Shown here in pieces: positions 1-9,507 of a stretch of 17,987 nt of DNA (position 1 is its first letter; each line of letters starts with the position of its first letter). The position numbers and the translations under genes are program-made. The notes under the pieces were generated by a model. It saw only the letters and a list, made by a program, of their open reading frames with translations, was not told where the DNA came from and ran no database searches. The DNA comes from Prasinococcaceae sp. CCMP 1430. Taxonomy: Eukaryota; Plantae; Prasinodermophyta. The stretch is taken from contig RQSC01001246.1 in NCBI GenBank assembly GCA_013416795.1, positions 1 to 17,987 on the forward strand. The letters are read 5' to 3'.

Positions 1-2291
1 CGCCGCCACCCCAGCCGCGGCCACCGCCGCCGCCGCGGCCGCCATACCCGCCGCGGCCACCCCCTCCGTTGGACCAGCCGCCGCGGCCGCCGGAGCCGTT
101 GTTGTACCCGCCGCCGTAGCCACCCCTGCCGTAGCCGCCGCCGCCGCCGCCGCCGCCGTATCCGTTGCGGTTGGGGAGCTCCGGCAGCTGCGTGCAGCGC
201 TCCACCACCACGCTGCCACGTTCGTCGGCTTTGGCGGCGTCGATCACCGCCTGGACGTGGTCGGCGCCCATGTCGAAGAGCGCGCACGAGTTGTCCGCGC
301 TGAGCGTGACGCGGCGCACCTCGTTGACCGTGTCCTCGGGCAGCATACGCTTGAGCCAGCTCCACACGTAGCTCGGCGTGCGAATGGTGCCCGCGGAGGT
401 GGAGAACTGCATGGTCACGCAGTCCTCGTGGCCGCTCATGAGGCTCGTGTGCTTCATCTTGACGCGGCCGGTGATGCGCGCGAGCGCGGCGGCCATCAGC
501 GCCACCGGGTCGGCGCCCTCTGCGTCGAGCATCTTCTGCGCGGTCGCCGTGAAGAAGGCCGCGGTCGCGTCGTCCACCTCGTGAACCTTCGCCACGGCGC
601 CCTCGGCGGCGGCGGAGGCGACGTCCGCCGGCTGCGGCGGCGCGTTGCGCTCGAACTTGACGCCCGCGCGGCGCTCGATGTTCTGCAGGAGCATCTCCTT
701 GCGGTTGGTGTAGAGCGTCACGCACGTGCCCTTGGTGTTCGCGCGGCCCGTGCGGCCGCTGCGGTGAACGTACGTCTCGGGGTCCTGCTCGCCGCCGCGC
801 AGACAGTGGCGGCGGCGCGTCGCGGGGAAGGCGGGGCGAGGGGCACAGCAGGCGCGAGCGCGTCAGAATGCCGCAAACAGCACGCGAGAGCCGGGCGCGA
901 GGCGAGACACGCGGCGAGCCCTCAGAGTCATGGAAGTTTGGTTGTCTGCATGGAGGTCGAGCGGATGTAACGCCGCTCGCTCAGTGAAATCCGCTAATAA
1001 GCGTCGTCCTCGGGCGCGCGAGCGCGGCGCGAGCGCCGCGCGGCGCGGCACGCACCTTGGGCGGGTCGAGCTGCACCACCAGCTCAATGCCGTTGACGTC
1101 CAGCCCGCGCGCCGCCACGTCGGTGGCCACGAGCACCCTGAACTGTTTCTTGCGGAAGGCCGCCATGGTGACCTCGCGCTGGCCCTGAGGCACGTCTCCG
1201 TGGAGCGCACGCGCACCCAGCGTGGCGAGTGTGTCGGACATCTCCGACGCGTCGTTTTTGGTGTCGGCGAACACCACCACCTGCCCGTCGCCTGGCCCGT
1301 AGCAGCTCACCACGTCCTTGACGACCGTGGCGCGGTTCGCCCACTGGAAGCGGATGGCGCAGTGCCGCACGTCCGACGAGGCGTGCGCCTTCGAGTTACC
1401 CACCAGGTCGATGGTCGTCTGCGAGGGACCCTGGCGCAAGAACTTGCTGGCGATCTGCTTGACCCACGTGGGCATGGTGGCGGAGAAGAGCAGCGTCTGC
1501 ACGGTGTCAGGGACGTCCTTGTGCCCGAGGATGGTTTCGATGTCCTCCACAAAGCCCATGTTGAGCATCTCGTCGGCCTCGTCGAGGATGCGGAACTTGA
1601 GCGAGCCGAGCTTGAGCTTGCCGCGCTCGAGGTGGTCCTTCATGCGACCGGGCGTGCCGATGACGATGTCGACACCCTCGCGCAGCGCGCGCTCCTGCGG
1701 CTCGTACGCGGCGCCGCCGTACACGCACAGCGTGCGCAGGCGCACAACGCTGGAAAACTTCTCAAACTCGCCTGCCACCTGCTTGGCGAGCTCGCGCGTG
1801 GGCGCGAGCACGAGCACGCGCGGCTCGCGGAAGCCGCGCGCGGGCCCCGCGGCGGCCGACTCGGCGCGCATCGCCTCGATGACCGGCAGCGCGAACGCCA
1901 GCGTCTTGCCCTGGCCGGTCCGCGCGCGCCCCACCACGTCAATGCCCTTGAGAATGCTGTCGTATGTGCGCGCCTGGATGGGGAAGAGCTCCTCGATGCC
2001 CTGCTTGCGCAGCGCCCCCTTGACCGACGCGTCCATCTGGAAGCGGTCGAGCGCGCCCTCGGGGAGCTCCGCCGCCGGCTCCGCCTCGACGGCCATGTCC
2101 GAAGGCGCGTCGGCGGCGCCCGCCGAGGTGTCGTCGCCGGAGGCATCCTCCGTGCGCTTTTTCGAATCCTTCTTGTCGGCCTTGGCGGCGGCCTTGGCGG
2201 CCTTGGCGGCGCGCTTCTCGTCCTTGGACTTCTTGTCCTGCGAGCGCGGCGGGCGCAGGCGCGGCCGAACAAGCAAGGGCGGCGCGGGCAT
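1..2291 (-). CDS. DDX21: DEAD-box RNA helicase, DDX21/plant RH7 type (GUCT domain, RGG tail); 3' end beyond left edge
   Basis: Motifs RARTGQGKT, PTRELAKQV, TPGR, DEADEM, SAT, ATDVAARGLD, HRSGRTGR, then a GUCT-like region ending LPEL and a GY/RGG-rich tail still open at base 1. Exons <1..784 and 1056..2237+; GT-AG phase-0 intron 785..1055 joins QLDPPK|DPETYVH. Start uncertain: in-frame ATG at 2291 (MPAPP...), or a further intron ending at 2238 (GTGCGTGCCG donor at 2358). Confidence 0.95.
918..1015 (-). ncRNA. Intronic double-guide box C/D snoRNA
   Basis: Terminal stem GCCC/GGGC, degenerate box C AGGACGA (1010-1004), D' CTGA (984-981), D CTGA (925-922). Guides TTAGCGGATTTC and ACTTCCATGAC are complementary to two adjacent stretches of the plant-type LSU rRNA segment GGUCAUGGAAGUCGAAAUCCGCUAAGG (recalled sequence). 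Confidence 0.85.
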
Positions 2292-2465
2292 TTGGCGGCG
2301 GAGGGTGGGGGGGTAGAGGGACCGGAGCGGCCCGGCGTGCGTCAGCACCGGCACGCACGCGCCACGGCACGGGGCAGGCGTCGCAGCCCGCGCAGCGCGG
2401 CCGCGCGACGCCCCCCGCACCCGCCGCGGCCCATCGCGCGGCGCGGCGCCTGTACGTACGCGCAG

Positions 2466-2684
2466 GACGCCCGCGCGGCGAAGAAGCCGCGCCGCGACGG
2501 CGGCGACGACGACGAGGCCGACTCGGAGTGCGATGAGGGCTTGAGCGGCGACGAGGTGGACCCGTCGCTCATCATTGCGGGCGGGCGCTCGTCGCGCCGC
2601 GGTCGCGCGACCTTCACGGCCAACTACAGCTACGGGCCGAGCGGCGCCGGCGACGACGACGAGTCGTCCGAGGACGACGCTTGA
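2466..2684 (+). CDS. Terminal exon encoding an acidic segment with a CHZ (H2A.Z chaperone)-like motif; start not found
   Basis: After CGCAG (AG 2464-2465) the frame reads DARAAKKPRRDGGDDDEADSECDEGLSGDEVDPSLIIAGGRSSRRGRA...EDDA*, with high GC3. DEVDPSLIIAGGRSSRRG resembles the Chz1 core EIDTSNIITSGRRTRG. No + strand ATG in 2238-2465. Confidence 0.55.
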   Translation, partial: DARAAKKPRRDGGDDDEADSECDEGLSGDEVDPSLIIAGGRSSRRGRATFTANYSYGPSGAGDDDESSEDDA

Positions 2685-2766
2685 CGAGCACCACGCGCCT
2701 CGCGCCCGCCGGCAGACTCGTAAGACGCCGCCTCGTCAGCGCGCCGCGCCAGCCGCCGCGCCAGCC

Positions 2767-3201
2767 GCCGATCCGCCCCGGACCGGATCGGCGCCGATCC
2801 GCCCCGGATCGCGAGCCGGAGCCGATCCCGGGTCGCGAGCCGGAGCCAATCCCGGGTCACCTGGTTCCAAAAGCCACCGGGTGGGTGGGAGACCTGGTTC
2901 CAAAAAAGCACCGGGTCGGCAACCCGGTTCCAAAAGCACTGGGTGGGATACCTGGTTCCGAAAACAAAAACCAAAAGAGCCTGCGAAGCGAAGGAAACTA
3001 AAAACCAAACAAACAAACAAAACAAAACGAAAAGAACCCGGATCGGCGCCGATCCGCCCCGGATCGCGAGTCGGAGCCGATCCCGGGTCACCTGGTTCCA
3101 AAAGCCACCGGGTGGGAAACCTGGTTCCACAAAGCACCGGATGGGATAACGCACCTGGTTCCGAAAACAAAAAACCAAAAGAGCCTGCGAAGCGAAGGAA
3201 A
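2767..3201. repeat. Nested repeat: two degenerate copies (2783-2997, 3038-3201) containing an 18-bp palindrome and 7 ACCYGGTTCC-headed subunits
   Basis: Perfect palindrome CGGATCGGCGCCGATCCG at 2784-2801 and 3039-3056; 24-bp tandem pair 2811-2858; subunits at 2859, 2892, 2922, 2950, 3090, 3119, 3153; shared end CCAAAAGAGCCTGCGAAGCGAAGGAAA; A/C-rich linker 2998-3036. Confidence 0.9.
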
Positions 3202-3455
3202 TTACGGAGCATTCCTCTTGTTGCCTGAAAGTCACTTGTACGGGTAAAATACTGAAAACTTTTGGGGGAGCGTGCGCAGCCGGGTGCTTCTACAACCTTG
3301 GTATAATAGCCAAAATGCCCAACCCCGAATAAAAACCCAACCAAAAACAAGGAAATCAAACCAAAAAAACACACCAAAACAAAAAGTTTGCGGATCGGCG
3401 TTGTGTGCGGATTCGGATAACTTTCCGATAGGGTTGCTCGGTCACTGCGTGGGGG

Positions 3456-4797
3456 ATGGGTGGGGTGAGGGGGGGGGCAGCGGCGTCGGCGCAGCGGCAG
3501 CGTCGGCGCAGTAAGGGTTAGCGCACCGCCCGGCTCGAAAAGAGGGTCCCCGCGCGTCCGTCGCGCGCCCTCGCGCGCCGCTCGGCGTCGAGACGCTCAA
3601 GGTTACGCGCCGCGGCAGCGGCTGTACGCGTCGGCGGCGGCGGCGGCCGCGGCGGCCGAGGCGCTCAAGCGGACAGTGCTGTACGACATGCACGCCGAGG
3701 CGGGCGCCAAGTTCGGCCCGTTCGCCGGCTGGGACATGCCGCTGCAGTACAAGGGCCACTCGGTGATGGAGTCCACCAAGCACACGCGCACGTCCGCCTC
3801 GCTCTTCGACGTGAGCCACATGTGCGGCACGGGGTTCTTCGGCGCCGACGCGGCCAAGTTCCTCGAGACGCTCGTGGTGGGGGACATCCAGGGGCTCGCG
3901 CCGGGAACGTCGACGCTGACGGTGCTCACCAACGAGGAGGGTGGCATCATCGACGACTCGGTGGTCACCAAGGTGGACGAGAAGGAGCTCTACGTGGTGC
4001 TCAACGCCGGGTGCCGCGACAAGGACCTGCCGCACATCGAGGGGCACCTCGCAGCCTTCAAGGCGAAGGGCGGCGACGTCGACATGCACGTGTACGACGA
4101 GCGCGGACTGGTGGCGCTGCAGGGCCCCAAGGCGATGGAGGCCCTGCAGCCGCTCGTGGGCGGCGTGGACCTCTCGAAGCTCTACTTCGGCATGTTCGTC
4201 AAGACCGACGTCAACGGCTCGCCCTGCTTCATCACGCGCACGGGCTACACCGGTGAGGACGGGTTCGAGATTTCGATGCCCGTGGAGGACGCCGTGAGCC
4301 TCTCCGGTGCCCTCCTGGCCAGCGGCGGCGGCGACGTCGTCAAGTGGGCGGGCCTGGGCGCGCGCGACGCGCTGCGCCTCGAGGCTGGCCTCTGCCTGTA
4401 CGGCAACGACCTCGACGAGACCATCACGCCCGTCGAGGCGGGCCTCACGTGGACGGTGGGCAAGGCGCGCCGCGCCGAGGGCGGCTTTCTGGGCGCCGAG
4501 AAGATCCTCGGGCAGATCAACAAGTCCGTCCCCGTGACTCGGCGCCGCGTCGGCATCACCGGCCTCAAGGCGCCCGCGCGCGACCACGCCGAGATCCTCA
4601 GCGCGGACGGCGAGAAGATCGGCGAGGTGACCTCGGGCACCTTCTCGCCCTCGCTGGGCAAGCCCCTCGCCATGGGGTACGTCAAGGCGGGCTTCAACAA
4701 GGCGGGCACCGAGGTCCAGGTGGTTGTGCGGGGCAAGGCGGGACCGGGCGTCATCACCAAGATGCCCTTCGTGGAGTGCCAATACTACAAGCCCTAG
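3456..4797 (+). CDS. AMT: Glycine cleavage system T protein (aminomethyltransferase), mitochondrial
   Basis: [76 protein letters not shown]. No in-frame ATG upstream of 3676. Proposed exon 1 3456..3510 plus intron 3511..3601 (GTAAGG...AAG, phase 1) gives an Arg/Ala-rich presequence ending RLYAS; this first exon is inferred. Confidence 0.95.
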
Positions 4798-4821
4798 ACG
4801 CCGCCGAATCGCCCCCGGAGC

Positions 4822-4826
4822 TGTAA
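4822..4826 (+). terminator. TGTAA chlorophyte-type polyadenylation signal candidate
   Basis: TGTAA 25 nt after the AMT stop; UGUAA is the established near-upstream poly(A) signal in many Chlorophyta. Confidence 0.5.
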
Positions 4827-5035
4827 ACACTCGCCGCGAGCGGACGCACCGCCGCGCATTCCTGCCATTGCGCACAGCAGCGCGCGCGCGCGCGCGCGAG
4901 CACGCTGGCGGGAGGGAACGGGCGGCTCTCTCGTGCACCAGTGCGGCCGGCTGCGGCTGCATGCCACGCACGTTACCTCGGCAGCTCAGCGCAGCGCGCC
5001 CGCGCAAGCGCACACGCGGCGGCCACGCGGAGCTC

Positions 5036-8000
5036 TCACGCGACGAGCTTGCCGAGGTGGATGAGCTCGCAGAAGACGACGTCTTGGTCGGAGCTCAACT
5101 TCAGGATACCCTCAGTGCCATCGATGTTGAAGAGCCTGGCGCGCTCGCCGATCTGCTCGGCGACGTTGCTGAAGAGGATGACGACGTCGTTGCCCTTCTC
5201 GGGCTCAACGAGCGAAACCTCGCGCCGCGGCACGGACTGCGTGGCGGATGGGTCGTCCAAGGGCGCAACCAGCACGTCGCCAGTGTCCGAGCCCGTGCCG
5301 GGGTCCACCACGACGTACGTGGCGTCGGCGGAGGCGCGTGCGAGCTTGACAGCAATCTCCGCGCGCAGGGGGAAGAGCGCAGGCCCGACGGCCGCGCCGC
5401 CGCCGCCCGGCGTCGCCGCGTTCATGTGGCCGCCAGGCGTGGGCGCTGAGAAGTTCCCGCCCGGCGTGGCCGCGGCGTATGGGTTGTCCCCGCCCGCAGG
5501 CGTCGCCGCAGCATAAGGGTCGTATCCTGCGCCGGGCGTCGGCGCATTCGCATAGCCGCCGGGCGTCGCCGCGCCGCCGTACGCGCCGCCTGGTGTCGCC
5601 GTGCTCTCGTACGGGGTGTGCGCCGCGGGTGTCTCGCCAGGTACATACGGCGTGTTTGCGTTGGCGTGGTAGCCGCCGTAACCGCCCGGTGTCGGCGCGC
5701 CCATGCCGCCCGGCGTGTCGGCCGCGCCATACGAGCCCGCGTAGTTGGGCTCGTGGCGTGGGGTGGGGGCGGCCATTGGGTTCCATGCGCTGCCATCGCC
5801 GCCAGAGCGCATCGGGGTGGCCGAACCCGGATGGGCCGGGGTCATGCCGCCGTGCGCCGGCGTGCGACCGTACAGGTCGCGGTTTGGGACGTCGGCCTCC
5901 ATCGGCGCGCCCATCGCGGGCATGCCGATGCCCGCATCCTTCACGTGCTTCCGGTCGACCATCGCGAGCTTCATGGTCGCCTCGAACTCTACCTTGAAGT
6001 GCGTGTTGGTGACCTTCTTGATGCGCCCCCAGTATCCCTTCCACGGCCCCTTCGACACCTTGATGCGCTGGCCTTCCATTCGCCGCGACTGGTCCATGGC
6101 CACCTGGGGGCCGGCACCGAAGTTTCCGCCGAAGCCGCCGCCAAAGCCGCCCGCGGCGCCCGCGCCGTACGGCTGCTGCGCGAAGCCGCCGCCCGCGCCG
6201 CCGAGCGCCGCGGGAGTGTGCATCGGGCTCGGTGCGACCACGCGGGATGGCGTCTGGCTGCCGAGCGCGCCCGCCGTTGGGTCTGCCATCGCTGCGGGCG
6301 GCGGCGCGACGAGCGTGCGCTTGGCACCCAACACGGCCACATTTTGCGACTTCACGTGCACCCGGCCACCGTAGAGCGGATACTCGCGGCAGCGCCCGAA
6401 GATGCTTCCCCGCCACACGTGCTCGACGCTCACCTTCATGCGCGCACCGGCCCCCTCGACGATCTGGACCATGTCCTTGGCCTTCACATCGTTCATGTGG
6501 CGATCCTGCACGCTCTGATTGCGACCGTGGAAAATCTTGCGCTGAATGGTCGCCACGCGGACGGTGCGCACATCAGGCTGGTCGAACTCTCCTTTGCTTG
6601 TGAGCACCTGCAGGGAGTCGCGCTGCGCGGAGATGACCACGCCGAAGGTGTCCGCGTCAAGCTGCACGAGGTCGTGCACTTGGTATGCCCCACCGTCCGA
6701 GGCAGTCTGACCCGTGGCGCTCGCGCTCACCGAGCTCAGGTCGTCCACGAAACACTTGACCTCCTCGTTGCCCATGTCGGAGATGAGGTACGCCACGCCC
6801 ACGTTCTGATCGATGCGGGTGATCATGCCCGTGGTGCCCTCGTGCACGCCAGCGGTCACCTTGACGTGCGACCCAACGGTGAAATGCTTGCGTAGCTGCT
6901 CGGCTGGAAAGTCAAGCACGTCGCTGATGTCGTCGTCGTCAGGCCGCACCTTGACCTGCCCGCCGCTGACAAACACCACGCTACCAACCAGGCCCACGAG
7001 GTCGCCCTCGATCACCTGCACCGAGTCGCCCTTATGGAACACCACCTTGCGGCCCTCCACCTTGACGCCCGTCGCCGCCAGCCCCTGCGCGCCGCCCTCT
7101 TCCCCGTCTTCGCCCTCCGCCCCCGCCCTCGCCACCTCGTCGGCTTGCCGGAAGCGCTCGATCTCCTCGAACTGCGGATTGCTCTCAATGCCGAGCGTCT
7201 TCATGGACATGGGCTTGAGCAGCAGACCGTGGCGAAACTGCTGGCCGTTGAACTCCAGGCAGCTCTTGCCGTCCGCGCGGCAGACGACGTCGTTGTAAAC
7301 CTGCTCTTGCGTGCGCTGATAGGCGTCCGTCGCGTCGAAGAGCTTGGCGGTCGGCCGCGGGCGGCCGCGCGTCTCAAATGTCACGCCCGAGACCTTGGCC
7401 GCGATCCGCGGGTAGTCCAGGCGCGGCACCAGGCGCACGGTGGCGATGCCGCGCCTCGCGTCGATGCCGAGCACCTGTCCGAGGTCGCCCTTGTACGCGC
7501 CGCCTCGCGGGCGCACGTAGCAGCCCTCGGTGAGGTTTTGCGTCGACGACTTGGACGCGTTCATCACGTTGGTCATCTCGCGCAGCGGGACGAGCTGGAT
7601 CTTGCGCGTGTACATGTTGCGCAGGTTCATGCACGCAGCGCGCACGTGCGACTCCTTGTACGCCTCCACGTATATGTATCCGCTCAGCCCGTCGACCGCC
7701 AGCGCGCTGTGAATGAGCATCGGCTCCCCCTTGGTGGTGCCCGTCGCGATCGCCGCACCCTTGGCCATGAGCTGGATGACCGCCTCGCGCTCGTGCGTCG
7801 GCCGCGTCTGCACGAGCCACAGCTTGGGGTCCTGCACCGAGGGCACGAGGCCCTGCTGCTCGATCTCGGTCAGTGCGCCCTCGCCGATGTCTTCTTCGTG
7901 ATATTCCTTGGCCTTGTAGCGCTCCTTGATGAACCTCTCGAGCTCCTCCTCGTCCATGTCCTCGCCGCCGCCGCGCTGCAGCTCGTTGAGCAGCGCACGG

Positions 8001-8338
8001 TGCCGGCCGCTGCCCCCCCGCCCGGCCTCCTCGGCGTCCGCGTTGCTCGCGATCAGGTCAGCCAGGCCCTCCTCGCCCTCCTCGTCCTCATCTTCCTCGT
8101 CCTCGTCCACGTCGGCGATGTCATCGATGAAGGCAGCCGCGGCGGAGCGCCGCTGGCGCTTCTTCCCCTTGCCGCTGGCGCGCACCTCGTACTCGTCCTC
8201 GTCCTCCAGCTCGTCCTCCTCCTCGTCGAGGCCTTCGTCCTCGTCCTCAAGCTCATCGAGGATGTCCTCGTCGTCGTCGGGGGCACCGGCATCGTCGTCG
8301 GGGGCGCCGGGGGCCTGCGCCATCAGCGGGCGCGGCAT
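5036..8338 (-). CDS. SPT5: Transcription elongation factor SPT5 (acidic N-terminus, NGN, multiple KOW, TP-rich CTR, C-terminal KOW)
   Basis: Single 1100-aa ORF: acidic N-terminus with FIDDIADVDEDEE, PSVQDPKLW..GYIYVEA (NGN), YKGDLGQV, LVPRLDY, FHKGDSVQVIEGDL, GPWKGYWG KOWs, repeated TP(A/G) CTR units. Start is either ATG 8338 or ATG 8323. Confidence 0.97.
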   Translation of the reverse strand: MPRPLMAQAPGAPDDDAGAPDDDEDILDELEDEDEGLDEEEDELEDEDEYEVRASGKGKKRQRRSAAAAFIDDIADVDEDEEDEDEEGEEGLADLIASNADAEEAGRGGSGRHRALLNELQRGGGEDMDEEELERFIKERYKAKEYHEEDIGEGALTEIEQQGLVPSVQDPKLWLVQTRPTHEREAVIQLMAKGAAIATGTTKGEPMLIHSALAVDGLSGYIYVEAYKESHVRAACMNLRNMYTRKIQLVPLREMTNVMNASKSSTQNLTEGCYVRPRGGAYKGDLGQVLGIDARRGIATVRLVPRLDYPRIAAKVSGVTFETRGRPRPTAKLFDATDAYQRTQEQVYNDVVCRADGKSCLEFNGQQFRHGLLLKPMSMKTLGIESNPQFEEIERFRQADEVARAGAEGEDGEEGGAQGLAATGVKVEGRKVVFHKGDSVQVIEGDLVGLVGSVVFVSGGQVKVRPDDDDISDVLDFPAEQLRKHFTVGSHVKVTAGVHEGTTGMITRIDQNVGVAYLISDMGNEEVKCFVDDLSSVSASATGQTASDGGAYQVHDLVQLDADTFGVVISAQRDSLQVLTSKGEFDQPDVRTVRVATIQRKIFHGRNQSVQDRHMNDVKAKDMVQIVEGAGARMKVSVEHVWRGSIFGRCREYPLYGGRVHVKSQNVAVLGAKRTLVAPPPAAMADPTAGALGSQTPSRVVAPSPMHTPAALGGAGGGFAQQPYGAGAAGGFGGGFGGNFGAGPQVAMDQSRRMEGQRIKVSKGPWKGYWGRIKKVTNTHFKVEFEATMKLAMVDRKHVKDAGIGMPAMGAPMEADVPNRDLYGRTPAHGGMTPAHPGSATPMRSGGDGSAWNPMAAPTPRHEPNYAGSYGAADTPGGMGAPTPGGYGGYHANANTPYVPGETPAAHTPYESTATPGGAYGGAATPGGYANAPTPGAGYDPYAAATPAGGDNPYAAATPGGNFSAPTPGGHMNAATPGGGGAAVGPALFPLRAEIAVKLARASADATYVVVDPGTGSDTGDVLVAPLDDPSATQSVPRREVSLVEPEKGNDVVILFSNVAEQIGERARLFNIDGTEGILKLSSDQDVVFCELIHLGKLVA

Positions 8339-8434
8339 TCGTCAGCGCCCTGCGCCCCGTCTGAGGCGGCGCGCGCGCGAGCGAGCACTCGGGCGCGAGA
8401 GCTGCGGCGGACGGTGTCGCGCGCGACGCGCGAC

Positions 8435-8877
8435 NNNNNNNNNNNNNNNNNNNNNNNNNNNNNNNNNNNNNNNNNNNNNNNNNNNNNNNNNNNNNNNNNN
8501 NNNNNNNNNNNNNNNNNNNNNNNNNNNNNNNNNNNNNNNNNNNNNNNNNNNNNNNNNNNNNNNNNNNNNNNNNNNNNNNNNNNNNNNNNNNNNNNNNNNN
8601 NNNNNNNNNNNNNNNNNNNNNNNNNNNNNNNNNNNNNNNNNNNNNNNNNNNNNNNNNNNNNNNNNNNNNNNNNNNNNNNNNNNNNNNNNNNNNNNNNNNN
8701 NNNNNNNNNNNNNNNNNNNNNNNNNNNNNNNNNNNNNNNNNNNNNNNNNNNNNNNNNNNNNNNNNNNNNNNNNNNNNNNNNNNNNNNNNNNNNNNNNNNN
8801 NNNNNNNNNNNNNNNNNNNNNNNNNNNNNNNNNNNNNNNNNNNNNNNNNNNNNNNNNNNNNNNNNNNNNNNNNNNNN
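8435..8877. other. Assembly gap (443 N)
   Basis: Run of N between the divergent SPT5 and ProRS 5' ends. Confidence 1.
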
Positions 8878-9507
8878 CGCCCCGGCGGCGGCGGGGAGGG
8901 GCGCGAGGCCGCCGCCGCCGACGGGGGCGGCGCGACGCCCGCTCGCCGCGCCCGCACTTTTTATTTTTATTTATTTATTTCTATTTTTAACGCGCGCCAA
9001 AAAAAAACTGCTCCCGGCGCCATACCGCCCGCCGCGCGCCAAGAAAAAATAAAAACAAAGATAAAAATATGAAAATGGTGCGAAACACCCCCCAAGTCAT
9101 TTCAGGTCATCTGGGAGGTCATAGGCTGGATATCGGCCAGGAGTCATGCGTGCCTTTAGGAGGTTTTCCCTCACAGCCCGGTTCGTAGCCTTCCCGAACC
9201 GGGGATTTTACATCTAAATCCCGGTCCCATGCCCATGCGTAGCGGTGTTCAAGAGCGTAGGCCGAAAAGCGCCCGAAATCAAAATCGGAATCACAATGGG
9301 AGTAACATCAAAAACGCAATGAAAAAGAAAAATAAAAAGAAAAAGGAAAAGAAAAAAGAAAAAAGGGGGAAAAAAGCGCTCCCGTCAAACCCTCGGGCGA
9401 TCCGGCGGTGCGCAGCCGCCGGGGGGGGGTGGCGCGGCGCCACACCTGCGCGGCGCGCGGGGGCCTAGCACTTCCTGCATGCTAGGCCTCTGCGTGGGGT
9501 CCTCCAG

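Noticed and set aside
930-2684. Long alternative-frame ORFs (also 3442-5013, 9385-11028, 15757-17697 and others)
   Set aside because: Antisense or frame shadows of real genes, expected at high GC3; no recognisable motifs.
2859-3201. CRISPR-like array (repeat heads about every 30 nt)
   Set aside because: The intervening sequences are homologous to each other rather than unique spacers, the repeats are only 10 nt, there are no cas genes, and the context is eukaryotic.
5450-5900. Novel repeat in SPT5
   Set aside because: This is the expected TP-rich C-terminal repeat region of eukaryotic SPT5.
7034-9052. ORFs spanning the N gap
   Set aside because: Artefacts of translating through Ns.
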